From: a virus
IMG/VR virus record: IMGVR_UViG_3300020180_000015
Location: 19,552-83,551 of that record
Reading direction: 5' to 3' (one strand)
Length of the DNA stretch: 64,000 nucleotides
The position numbers were made by a program, and so were the translations under genes. Positions 28,692-37,803 of this stretch are shown one piece after another. Below the pieces are notes generated by a model that worked only from the letters and a program-made list of their open reading frames with translations, made no database searches and was not told the origin of the DNA. Within the stretch, counting starts at the first letter, position 1. Every line of letters begins with the position of its first letter.

Positions 28692-29093
28692 ATGGTCACA
28701 AAACGGCAATTGGCAATCAAGGCGGCACGAGTGCGTAGCCTGAAAACTGCGCCAGTCACGGCGGCATGGTTTAATCGTGCGGGCATCACGGTTGCGCGGA
28801 TGCAGCGCACATGGGGTGCGCGGCAGGGGCTGGTGTGGGCGGATTTCGTTAGTATCTGGTCTCCAATTAACGGATACAGAAACGACCTACCGCCGAGCAT
28901 CGTTCGTGCAGCCGGTCAACTGTACGACGTGGCTGCAAATCTGAACGGACATCGCGCAGAGACCCAACCGCAGGGTTGGATGCCGGGGATGGTATTCCCG
29001 GCGGAAACCAGAAACTGGAAGCGGGTAGACGGATTACTCGCTCGGTTGAAGGCGGAACTTGCCGATGCCGCCGACACACTATCAAGCGGTTAA
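28692..29093 (+). CDS. Leader-tagged cassette protein (divergent member)
   Basis: Promoter CTTGACTTCC-TAATCTTTCGAGTTAAGAT like 36136; leader MVTKRQLAIKAA. Confidence 0.65.
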   Translation: MVTKRQLAIKAARVRSLKTAPVTAAWFNRAGITVARMQRTWGARQGLVWADFVSIWSPINGYRNDLPPSIVRAAGQLYDVAANLNGHRAETQPQGWMPGMVFPAETRNWKRVDGLLARLKAELADAADTLSSG

Positions 29094-29170
29094 ACCCCGC
29101 CGTTCGTGCCTGTCCCGTAACGTGAAGCCCTGCTACGCTATCAGCAGGGCTTTTATATTGGGGCGGCGGC

Positions 29171-29959
29171 ATGGACGACATAGCGGTCAAAGGCATCATC
29201 GGCGATAAGGTACGCGACATCATCCGGCGGTTGGGGCAGGGGCTGAGGAACATCCTTCCCCGCGAACCAACGCCAGAGGAGTCGGCGCGTTACCGCGAAA
29301 GTCGGCGACCCAGGTCGGAAGTCGAAGCCGAACAGCGGCAACAAGTCGCCATCGAAAAGATACGCCGATACCAAGTGGCGTTCAATGAGCAGGTGACGGC
29401 ACTCGCCGCCCAGCTTGCCGCGAAGGACATCTCGCCGCAGGAGTTTCGTGCCATGATGCTAATCGAGATTCGATTCAACCTACTCACGGCGGCGGCGGCA
29501 GCGGCGGGGAGTATCGGAAGTCTATCACCGATGGATTTAAACCGCGTCGATATGAGGGTGCGGGAACAGGCGCGGTTTCTCGACAACTGGATCGCGCAGA
29601 TCGAACGGCAGCCGGATAAAGACTGGTCGCCGGGTGCGCTCGGCGTTCGCGCGCGGATGTACGCGGGCAGCGCCGAAACCCTAGCCGCCGAAACAGTCGA
29701 CAAGAACGTGCATCGGGAGTTTCCCGATTTGCCGTTTTACCCGGCACAAAAAACGGCGTGCCGTGCGAACTGCCGCTGCCGCTGGGAGTGGCGGAGCGTG
29801 GATCGAGAGAAGGGCGACGCCGACGTGTACTGGCTGCTGGGAGTGGCGGAGCATTGCAAACAGTGCCTTGCCCGCGCCGATGTGTTCTCGCCGATGCAAA
29901 TTAGAAACTGGAAGATCGTCAACATGCCGGCGGATATTCGTGACTTAATCGTAGGGTAG
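29171..29959 (+). CDS. MuF/SPP1 gp7-like minor head protein
   Basis: P....C..NCRC and HC..C motifs; follows portal. Confidence 0.7.
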   Translation: MDDIAVKGIIGDKVRDIIRRLGQGLRNILPREPTPEESARYRESRRPRSEVEAEQRQQVAIEKIRRYQVAFNEQVTALAAQLAAKDISPQEFRAMMLIEIRFNLLTAAAAAAGSIGSLSPMDLNRVDMRVREQARFLDNWIAQIERQPDKDWSPGALGVRARMYAGSAETLAAETVDKNVHREFPDLPFYPAQKTACRANCRCRWEWRSVDREKGDADVYWLLGVAEHCKQCLARADVFSPMQIRNWKIVNMPADIRDLIVG

Positions 29960-30054
29960 GGCGGCAGATTTTCGCGTCGCGTTTGTGATAAACTGTGACA
30001 AGCCTTAACGATTAAGCGGACGATTGAGAGTGATAATCAACGAGTTTTATTGCT

Positions 30055-30675
30055 ATGTCGCGTAACAAAAATGTTATCTCTAAAAACGTTCTTGAGGTCG
30101 GCAACCCCGACTCCCTGAAAAAGGCGGCGGATCGGGTCGGGCGGCAAGCGTCCGATTTGCGGCAGCATCTGCGTGTGGCTGTGCCGCAGACGGCGGGGGT
30201 GATTAGGACGCAAGTAGTGAAGCCCATGCTGGAGAAACTCGGCATTTACCCGCCGCGCTGGATCGGCATGAAGATGCGTTGGAAGTCGGCAAAGCAGCGG
30301 CGCTACGTCATGATGAAATTACGCGCCGAAGGAAACCTGCCGCGCAAACGGACGTTCAAACTGCGGCAGGGATGGGTATCGACCGTCGAGGTCGATACCA
30401 AAAACGGGGCAATTAAGGTGACGGTTGAGAATACGGCGACCTCGCCGGACTCGCGGGGACGGATGACAAGGTATCAGCCTTTTGTATCAGGGGACATTGG
30501 ACTCGGCGTGAGCCGCAGATCGATGCAGCGTTACGACAAACCGATACAGCCATTTCACAAGGATCGGGGTTGGAATCCCGCAGCACCGATCATTCAACAA
30601 TACTACGCCTTATCAATAGACAAGGCGGAGGAGTTTCTAGGCAAGATTATCATTCGCATCATCCGGAGGCAGTGA
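30055..30675 (+). CDS. Putative neck/virion morphogenesis protein
   Basis: YPP...WKS.KQRR...RT..L..GW pattern; position in head cluster. Confidence 0.5.
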   Translation: MSRNKNVISKNVLEVGNPDSLKKAADRVGRQASDLRQHLRVAVPQTAGVIRTQVVKPMLEKLGIYPPRWIGMKMRWKSAKQRRYVMMKLRAEGNLPRKRTFKLRQGWVSTVEVDTKNGAIKVTVENTATSPDSRGRMTRYQPFVSGDIGLGVSRRSMQRYDKPIQPFHKDRGWNPAAPIIQQYYALSIDKAEEFLGKIIIRIIRRQ

Positions 30676-30676
30676 C

Positions 30677-30898
30677 ATGCAGCACACCGTTGACGACATG
30701 GCTAAACTGCTCGATACCCTACGCCGATCAACATTGGGTGAGATCAGTGCCATTGAACAAATTGATAAAGCAAACTACCCCGGCGATCTAGCCAAGTTCC
30801 TAGACGCATCGCGCCGCTCCAAACTGCAAATAGTCGCGCAGATCGACAGGATGCTCTACGGCAAACGGAAGGAGCGCCGCAAAAAGTCGAAGAATTGA
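30677..30898 (+). CDS. Small basic hypothetical protein
   Basis: GGAGG RBS. Confidence 0.5.
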   Translation: MQHTVDDMAKLLDTLRRSTLGEISAIEQIDKANYPGDLAKFLDASRRSKLQIVAQIDRMLYGKRKERRKKSKN

Positions 30899-30969
30899 TC
30901 GTGCCTTGCTGTCTTGCCCTGAATTGTAGTACTCTGGCAGAGTAGGCTCACACGTAGTTAACGTCCCAG

Positions 30970-30999
30970 CCCGCATGGAAACTTCCATGCGGGTTTTTT
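30970..30999 (+). terminator. Intrinsic terminator just upstream of the protease-capsid gene
   Basis: CCCGCATGGAA..TCCATGCGGG-TTTTTT. Confidence 0.75.
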
Positions 31000-31016
31000 G
31001 TTTTAGTCGAGGTGTC

Positions 31017-33365
31017 GTGACCGGAATTCTGCTCCATAAGGCGGGCGGCGCAATCAAATCCGTACAGCGCGGTAACGGGCTAATCGAGGGGTATTTGATC
31101 TCCTTCGGCGGACCCGCGGATACCGATCTGGAGGGGCAGTGGTTCACGCCACGCACAGACATCCGTGAGGACTATTTCCGCGACTATCCGATGCTGTTTC
31201 ATCACGGCATGGATTCGGCAGTGGGGTTAGACCCCATTGGGCGGATTTTGCGGGTCGACAAAGACAACGTGGGATGGCACGCCAAAGCCCAGCTTGATCT
31301 TCACGATCAATACGGGCGGCAGGTGAGTGAACTGCTTGATCTTTACCCGTTGGGGTGGAGTAGCGGTTCAGTGGATCACCTTGTCGTAATTGCGGACACT
31401 GGCGAAATTCTGGTGTGGCCCCTCTTTGAGGGGACTGTCACGCCGACGCCGGCGCAGTCTCGCAAAACGTCGGTGCGGGCTTTGAAAGCGGTGTTAACTC
31501 GCGGTCAAACGGGAATTCCGAGAGGGCTTCGTGCTAGAGCGGATGCCGGGATCGCTGCCAATCTCGAAAGCAGTGGAGGAACGGTCATGGCGTTGAGCGC
31601 GCGTAGAAGCACGGCTCAGTACGTGAAGAGTGTACTTAAGAAGGCGGGGTTTAAACCGACCCCCGAAGAAGAGATGGCGATTGCTGCCGATCTCGAAAGC
31701 AGTGGAGGAACGGTCATGGCGTTGAGAGCGCGTAGAAGCACGGTTCAGTACGTGAAGAGCGTACTCAAGAAGATGGGGTTTAAAGCGACCCCCGAAGAAG
31801 AGATGGCGATTGCTGCCGATCTCGAAGTACAGGATGCGATGCTGTCGGATGATGAGTTTGGCGATGCAACGTTGGCGGATGATGAGTTTGACGATGCAAT
31901 GATGTCGGATGATGAGTTCGGCGACGCGATGCTGTCGGATGATGAGTTCGGCGACGCGATGATGTCGGATGATGAGTTCGGCGACGCGATGCTGTCGGAT
32001 GATGAGTTCGGCGACGCGATGCTGTCGGATGATGAGTTCGGCGACGCGATGCTGTCGGATGATGAGTTCGGCGACGCGATGCTGTCGGATGATGAGTTCG
32101 ATCCGGCGATGCTGAGTTACCGCAAGTCGCGCCGCCGGACAGCGCGTTCGCGTCAGAAGTCGATGACTGTGGATCAGTCGCAGGAGATCAACGCCATGAG
32201 GCGGCGCATCAATGCGTTGGAATTGCAAGAAGCGCCGGGGGAGCGGATGATCGGTATGAAATCACTGCGTGTGACACGAGATCGGGCGGATCAGCCCGGT
32301 GCGTACAAGTCGGTATTCACCAAGTACATACGCTTCGGTGAGTTCCGCATGAACGACGATGATCGCCGTACTCTGCGAAAAGGGCAGGTGGATTACGGTG
32401 CAGCCGACCGGGTGACGGGCGTCAAGGCTTTGACATCCAGCACATCGGGCAGCGTCGGGTTTTCCGTGCCGGACGACTTCATTGCGGAATTGAACCGCAA
32501 CATCATGGTTGATGCAGTGACGGCGAATGAGTGTAAGCGCCGCACCACGACCAGCGATACGGTCTTGATCCCCGATCTGCAGACGACTGATGCTCGCCGT
32601 GCGTATGCCGGGCGCACCACATGGATCGGCGAAACTGCCGCAAACCAAGCGGAGACGGATGTGACGCCGATCACAATGGGGCAGATTCAACTGCCGATTC
32701 ACGTCTTACTCGTCTCGACCGTCGCATCACTTTCCAGTCTCGAAGATAGCGCGTTCGATTTACAGGCGTACATCACTGAGGCGTTCAGCGAAATGATCGC
32801 CATCGAACACGAAGAATTGATCTGGTCGGGCAACGGGCAGGGGAAGATGCGCGGCATCGTCACCGATACTCGCGTGACTGGCAGCGCGTCGACGGGTGTG
32901 TCCAGCGTGAGCGGATTCATCGCCAGCGGCAGCGCGGCGTCCATTGCCGACGCCGACAAAATCCGGTCATTGACCATGCACTTGCCGCCTCAATACCGGG
33001 CGCGTGCCAAGTGGTACATGAACAGCAACACGGCAAACATCATCATGCAGTTGAAGGACGCGAACGGGCGTTATCTGTGGGGCGATGAACAGGGTTTGAA
33101 TCAGGGTGCGCCAACCACACTCCTGAACAAGCCGATTGTGTTCAATGAATGGGCATCGGACGTGGCGGCGGGAGCATTCCCGATCTTACTCGCCGATCTC
33201 AGTCGTGGGTACACCATCGCTAATCGTGTGGAATTCAGCGTCCGCCGCTTTGATGACAGCACCTATGCGGTACAAGACAACACGCTCGTGTTGGGGCGTG
33301 CGCGTATGGGCGGCATGGTCACACAGCCCATTGCTATCAAGGCACTGAAGATCGCCGTCAGCTAA
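31017..33365 (+). CDS. Prohead protease-scaffold-major capsid protein fusion (HK97 fold)
   Basis: IEGY...D.EG..F...LFHH...WSSG..E.TVT..PA protease; VKALTSS..GFSVP, MN, LKDANGRYLW, LLNKPIV capsid; GTG start after GAGGTG. Confidence 0.92.
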   Translation: MTGILLHKAGGAIKSVQRGNGLIEGYLISFGGPADTDLEGQWFTPRTDIREDYFRDYPMLFHHGMDSAVGLDPIGRILRVDKDNVGWHAKAQLDLHDQYGRQVSELLDLYPLGWSSGSVDHLVVIADTGEILVWPLFEGTVTPTPAQSRKTSVRALKAVLTRGQTGIPRGLRARADAGIAANLESSGGTVMALSARRSTAQYVKSVLKKAGFKPTPEEEMAIAADLESSGGTVMALRARRSTVQYVKSVLKKMGFKATPEEEMAIAADLEVQDAMLSDDEFGDATLADDEFDDAMMSDDEFGDAMLSDDEFGDAMMSDDEFGDAMLSDDEFGDAMLSDDEFGDAMLSDDEFGDAMLSDDEFDPAMLSYRKSRRRTARSRQKSMTVDQSQEINAMRRRINALELQEAPGERMIGMKSLRVTRDRADQPGAYKSVFTKYIRFGEFRMNDDDRRTLRKGQVDYGAADRVTGVKALTSSTSGSVGFSVPDDFIAELNRNIMVDAVTANECKRRTTTSDTVLIPDLQTTDARRAYAGRTTWIGETAANQAETDVTPITMGQIQLPIHVLLVSTVASLSSLEDSAFDLQAYITEAFSEMIAIEHEELIWSGNGQGKMRGIVTDTRVTGSASTGVSSVSGFIASGSAASIADADKIRSLTMHLPPQYRARAKWYMNSNTANIIMQLKDANGRYLWGDEQGLNQGAPTTLLNKPIVFNEWASDVAAGAFPILLADLSRGYTIANRVEFSVRRFDDSTYAVQDNTLVLGRARMGGMVTQPIAIKALKIAVS
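31551..31826 (+). repeat. 129-bp tandem duplication containing an internal RBS and ATG
   Basis: GGAGGAACGGTCATG with in-frame ATGs at 31587 and 31716. Confidence 0.85.
31833..32117 (+). repeat. 30-bp coding tandem repeat, 9.5 copies (DAMLSDDEFG)
   Basis: Directly visible. Confidence 0.95.
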
Positions 33366-33407
33366 GGCTGGGGTGATCTTCACCTTCCGAAAGGGGAGAG
33401 TAAAACA

Positions 33408-33812
33408 ATGCGAATGAGAACCTACAGTGACGAGGTCGCACCGAAGCTGCTGGCATCGGCATCCTCATCCACCTATACCCAAGTGTGGACAACCGTACTC
33501 GCCGACTGCGAACGAGTTGTCTATACCCTGATCGCACATGCGTCCTGTGACGTGGCGTTTAACGTCCAGATTGCATCGGACTCCAGCGGCACGGGCGCGG
33601 CGTCCGTGACGACGACTATCACCGCGAACGCGGCATCCAAAATCCACACCATCGAGATCAGTCCCGGCGCACTGACGACTGCCAAACAGCACGTCTCGGC
33701 GCTGGTGACCCGCACGGCGGGATCGTACACGCTGATCGAACAGCGATTCGATATGCGTATTTCGCCGCCGACTGCCGACTCGACAGTCGGGACTCAGTCC
33801 GAGGCGTACTAA
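33408..33812 (+). CDS. Putative capsid decoration protein
   Basis: Beta-rich Ser/Thr/Ala protein right after capsid. Confidence 0.6.
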   Translation: MRMRTYSDEVAPKLLASASSSTYTQVWTTVLADCERVVYTLIAHASCDVAFNVQIASDSSGTGAASVTTTITANAASKIHTIEISPGALTTAKQHVSALVTRTAGSYTLIEQRFDMRISPPTADSTVGTQSEAY

Positions 33813-33866
33813 AGCGACAGGGCAGGGGTGTAACAACCCCTACCCCGCTTAAGGGAGGAATAAAAG

Positions 33867-34634
33867 ATGGCGAACACAAATATTGCATGGAATCAGGGCG
33901 GCAATCATGCGCTCCTCGGTGACGCGGCAGGGTTTCCGTCCGAACACATTTGGAGCGATCAGCAGGGCGTCGCTGCGAACTCCGGTGCAGAGGGGTACGT
34001 CGGCTTCTGGGATGATTTTCTCGGTGACTTGATCGTTGACGAGTGGGCGGCGAACCTGAGCAGCAGCAGCACGGCGGCGATTAACGCGCAGACTCCCGGT
34101 GTGGCGCGTTTGACCACGCACACCGACGACAACGCCAATGCCACACTGGTACTTGGACTGCACTGGCTTGTCAGCAACGGATGGACGGTGTTTAAAGCGC
34201 GTGTGAAGAACGTCACGGCGATCACTGCCCGCGCCGTCGAGATCGGTCTGTCCGACGCGCTGTCGGATGCGAATGGGCAAGCCTTCACCAGTCACGATGA
34301 GACTCCGGTTGCAGTGGCGACCAATGCCGCTTTGTTCGGATTCAACGCAGACGACTCCATGACCACGTTCAGCGCCTGTTCGGTGAACGCCGATGTAGCC
34401 GCCGTGACGGTCAGTGCGGGGACTCCAGCGGCGACTTACACGAAGTACGAAATCCGCATCAGTGCGGCTGGGACGGCGTATTTCTTTGTGAACAATGTGA
34501 GAGTAGCGACTCATGCACTGGCTGTGGCGACAACCGCCGTGCTGACGCCGTGGATCAGTGTCACTAACTTGACTGCGGCAACCGCCCGAAGCATCGACGT
34601 GGATTACGTCGGCGTGTGGGGAGTGCGAGTCTAA
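33867..34634 (+). CDS. Virion structural protein (beta-sandwich)
   Basis: FWDDF...FFVNN...IDVDYV pattern; GGAGG RBS. Confidence 0.6.
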   Translation: MANTNIAWNQGGNHALLGDAAGFPSEHIWSDQQGVAANSGAEGYVGFWDDFLGDLIVDEWAANLSSSSTAAINAQTPGVARLTTHTDDNANATLVLGLHWLVSNGWTVFKARVKNVTAITARAVEIGLSDALSDANGQAFTSHDETPVAVATNAALFGFNADDSMTTFSACSVNADVAAVTVSAGTPAATYTKYEIRISAAGTAYFFVNNVRVATHALAVATTAVLTPWISVTNLTAATARSIDVDYVGVWGVRV

Positions 34635-34982
34635 ATGGACGCCGTGACGCTGCAAGACGCAACTGCGTATAATGCGTCAACACTCACCGGAACGACATTG
34701 CCCACACGTTTGTTCAACACGGCGCTCGTCTGGTTTACGCTAGGTGCTTCCTACGACGGCACGGCGACCTTTGAGATCAGCCCCGATAACGGAACAACGT
34801 GGTTCGGTATTCAAGCCGAGGCGTTGTCTGCCATTGGGACGTATGTTTCCGCACTCGCCCCTCCGACTGCGACGCCGCTGTACCGTATCCGCGTTCCTGC
34901 GGCAAGCGTGCTGCGCGTTCGCATGAGCGGTGGGTCGGTCGGAACACTTACCGTGCAGGCATTGCTAACCTACGGACTCTAA
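34635..34982 (+). CDS. Virion structural protein
   Basis: FEISPDNGTTW jelly-roll-like motif. Confidence 0.55.
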   Translation: MDAVTLQDATAYNASTLTGTTLPTRLFNTALVWFTLGASYDGTATFEISPDNGTTWFGIQAEALSAIGTYVSALAPPTATPLYRIRVPAASVLRVRMSGGSVGTLTVQALLTYGL

Positions 34983-34988
34983 CCCACC

Positions 34989-36140
34989 ATGCTGACCTAT
35001 GCTACGCTGCAGACATTTGCCAAAGTCAAAGGGATCAGCCTCGATCTATTATCTGACGAGGATGGCAGAATGCTGCGGGAATACCTGCGGCGTGGCACAC
35101 GCGAGATTGATCGGATCACGCGGCGGCGATTCTTTCCGTTTCACATGACTCGCCGTTACAGCATCCCGATGACTTATGCCGATCTACGTAACCGCGCACT
35201 GATCCACGAGGACTTACAACTCGACGCCGATCTCATGGAAGTCGTCCGGGTACAGGTGGGTACTGGCACCGTGATCGACTCCGGCGAGGATGTGCCGCTC
35301 GGCGGACTGACGGCGATTGCGACGACCTTCACTGCAACTGATGCCGATGGGCTTGACGATCAGAACATTGATCGCTTTGCCGTCGGGGTCGTACTGCAGA
35401 TCAAGAACGAGCAATGCGTTATCCGCGCACGGGATACTGGTACCAACGTCGTCACCTTAGAGCGCGGCGCATTCGGCACAATAGCCGCAGCCCACGCCGC
35501 CGGAGTGCAAATCTCCAAGAATGTCCTGACGACACTCGAACCGGGGATCGACTTTCATCTGCTCGACTTCAACATCAACCCGAAGTTTGCTATCCGGCTT
35601 GTGTTTCCGAACACGTGGGCGGGTCGCTATACAGGCGTGGCGTGGAGGTCGCGTTATCCTCAAATCTATGTCACAGGCTTTTGGGGGTTTCACGATCAGA
35701 TGCAGGAGGCGTGGGTCAATACCAACGACCCCATTCCTTCGGGCGGGATTACTGCCGTTGCGACGACATGGAATGCCCTCGCGGTGGATGGCACGGACGC
35801 CGCGAATGAGCTTCGCTTCCTTGTGGATCACCTGTACCGCGTCGAGAATGAATTGATGTGGTTGACGGCTGCCGACGATAACACTGGCGCGTTGACGGTG
35901 CTACGCGGGCAGCATGGCACACTCGTTGCCGCGCACGCCGCCGGAACACCAGTCTATCGATTCGCCGTGTTGGAGGATATTCGGAAGTCGTGCTTCAATA
36001 TCGCCAAGACGCTACGGGACTCTGACGACAGCGTTGGCGGGCGTCAGGGCGTGACCGAAGTGAGCGTTGGGGTGAAGATCACCTATGCCGCCGATGTTGC
36101 CGAAACATTGAAGCATTACATCCGGTCGTATATCGCTTGA
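34989..36140 (+). CDS. Head-tail adaptor with two inserted repeat domains
   Basis: YATL..., IDRITRRRF, VTGFWGF; repeats RG..GT..AAHAAG twice. Confidence 0.7.
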   Translation: MLTYATLQTFAKVKGISLDLLSDEDGRMLREYLRRGTREIDRITRRRFFPFHMTRRYSIPMTYADLRNRALIHEDLQLDADLMEVVRVQVGTGTVIDSGEDVPLGGLTAIATTFTATDADGLDDQNIDRFAVGVVLQIKNEQCVIRARDTGTNVVTLERGAFGTIAAAHAAGVQISKNVLTTLEPGIDFHLLDFNINPKFAIRLVFPNTWAGRYTGVAWRSRYPQIYVTGFWGFHDQMQEAWVNTNDPIPSGGITAVATTWNALAVDGTDAANELRFLVDHLYRVENELMWLTAADDNTGALTVLRGQHGTLVAAHAAGTPVYRFAVLEDIRKSCFNIAKTLRDSDDSVGGRQGVTEVSVGVKITYAADVAETLKHYIRSYIA

Positions 36141-36220
36141 CTTCCATAATCTTTTGAGTTAAGATGGCGTTAGATTGAGTGCATAATTCCCCGCGTTGCG
36201 GGGGGGGGTGGTGGTTGGAA
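36134..36220 (+). promoter_or_regulatory. Cassette 5' module copy 1 (promoter, operator, hairpin, G-tract RBS)
   Basis: TTGACT-N17-TAAGAT; CCCCGC-GTT-GCGGGG; near-identical to 36633 and 38946. Confidence 0.85.
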
Positions 36221-36583
36221 ATGAACAGACGGCAAAAAGTGGTAATCAAAGCGGCGGTCAAGCGGGGCGTAGCAAGAAGGTTAACTGATCCAGCAGTACG
36301 CTCGACACTAGTCGCTTTTATAACAAGAATTAGATCGTCGCTCCGACGTGGGTACGTGAATAGCGATGATTCAGAGGGGCTATACCTTTACATTATCAAA
36401 CAAGGAGATGATACACCCGAATTAGGTAGGATCTGGAGAGCGGCGTGGCGTATCCGTCTAATTGTCGCCGGCTCTCCGAGCGAGGGTCAAATGAAGGAAA
36501 TTAATGCCAAGTCGAAGGCGGTGATCGAGGCTTGGATGCGGACGTTGTTAGAGCATCTTCGCTCTACCAATATTCCTTCTTGA
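36221..36583 (+). CDS. Leader-tagged cassette protein 1
   Basis: MNRRQKVVIKAAVKRG; AT-richer than neighbours. Confidence 0.8.
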   Translation: MNRRQKVVIKAAVKRGVARRLTDPAVRSTLVAFITRIRSSLRRGYVNSDDSEGLYLYIIKQGDDTPELGRIWRAAWRIRLIVAGSPSEGQMKEINAKSKAVIEAWMRTLLEHLRSTNIPS

Positions 36584-36632
36584 TGCGCCGCAGCGGATTA
36601 CGGACATGGCTTATGACTCATCGTCGCTGATC

Positions 36633-36717
36633 CGCTTGACTTCCATAATCTTTTGAGTTAAGATGGCGTTGGATTGAGTGTATAATTCCCCGCGTTGCGG
36701 GGGGGAAGTGGTTGGAA
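36633..36717 (+). promoter_or_regulatory. Cassette 5' module copy 2
   Basis: Repeat of 36134-36220. Confidence 0.85.
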
Positions 36718-37062
36718 ATGAACAGACGGCAAAAAGTGGTAATCAAAGCGGCGATCAAATTGGGCGTAGAAAAAAGGTTAACTGATCCAGCAGTACGGTC
36801 AAGAATAGCCGCTTTTATAACAAGAATTAGATCATCACTTCAACGTGGTTACGTGAACAGCCAAGATTCAAATGGGTTGTTCGACTACGTTACCGCGCAA
36901 GCAGAAAATATTCCCGGAATGCGTGCGAGTTGGAAACCGGTGACACGTATTCAGCGAATTGTCGACGATCTTCCGGGTGATGGGCAGATGAAGGAGATTG
37001 ATGCCGAGTCGAAGGCGGGCATAGAAGTTGGGCTACGGGTGTTGTTAGAGTATCTTCGATAA
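36718..37062 (+). CDS. Leader-tagged cassette protein 2 (paralog of 1)
   Basis: MNRRQKVVIKAAIKLG; about 62% identical to protein 1 by hand alignment. Confidence 0.8.
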   Translation: MNRRQKVVIKAAIKLGVEKRLTDPAVRSRIAAFITRIRSSLQRGYVNSQDSNGLFDYVTAQAENIPGMRASWKPVTRIQRIVDDLPGDGQMKEIDAESKAGIEVGLRVLLEYLR

Positions 37063-37065
37063 CCA

Positions 37066-37572
37066 ATGTTACTTCTTGATGCGCCGCAGCGGATTGCGGA
37101 TATGGCTTATGACTCATCGTCGCTGATCCGCTTCACGGCGCACCTGCGGCAGTCGTCTCTCGACAGCCTCAAGCGTCCGGCGGTACTGGTGGAGGCGAAT
37201 GATGCCGAGTATCCGCCGACTGCGGCGGGGATCGAGAAACCGACTGAGACGTTTATCCTGTCGGTTGTCGGACAGAAATACGGCGTGGGTGCGCCGGGGG
37301 CAGCCGAACTCGAACTCCGGCAGGTCGCGCACGATTTGGCGGTGTACTTTTGGCGGCGGTCTCAGCTTCAATTCAGCAATCTGCGCGGCGCAAAGTCGAG
37401 CGAACTGCCGCCACTCACCGGAGTGGAGTCGAGCCGCCTAAGCCGCCGATCCTTTGTGACAACGGTCACACGAGGAGAGGACGGGGAGGGATCGTTTTGG
37501 GGGACAGAATTCACGCTCACGCTCACGCTGGCTGCGCGTGCGCTTGAAGTACTTGTGCCGAATAGGGGGTGA
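37066..37572 (+). CDS. Putative tail terminator/completion protein
   Basis: PAVLV, final strand FTLTL; position before tail tube. Confidence 0.55.
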   Translation: MLLLDAPQRIADMAYDSSSLIRFTAHLRQSSLDSLKRPAVLVEANDAEYPPTAAGIEKPTETFILSVVGQKYGVGAPGAAELELRQVAHDLAVYFWRRSQLQFSNLRGAKSSELPPLTGVESSRLSRRSFVTTVTRGEDGEGSFWGTEFTLTLTLAARALEVLVPNRG

Positions 37573-37749
37573 AATCAAATTCGTCAAATTGTCGAATTTG
37601 GGGGGGGCGGCATGAAACAGGTCAAGTTTGTCCTTATCCGCATTGCCGACTGGATCGACGATAAGGTACGCAGTCGGCGTACCTTGTTTCCTATCGCAAT
37701 CTAATTCATACTGTGATCATATCATCTAATCGTCCGCACGATATGTCCC

Positions 37750-37786
37750 GGCGCACCAGAGAAGTTCTCTGGTGCGCCGTTTTTTT
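37750..37786 (+). terminator. Intrinsic terminator upstream of major tail gene
   Basis: GGCGCACCAGAGA-agt-TCTCTGGTGCGCC-GTTTTTTT. Confidence 0.8.
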
Positions 37787-37803
37787 GGGGAAAGGGAACA
37801 ACA

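Noticed and set aside
30975-31016. ORF-track upstream starts (30975, 41191, 22243, 36179, 39008, 1667)
   Set aside because: Extensions run through terminators, promoters or neighbouring genes; downstream starts have RBSs
31833-32117. 30-bp repeats as a CRISPR array
   Set aside because: Contiguous with no spacers, in-frame coding (DAMLSDDEFG), no cas genes
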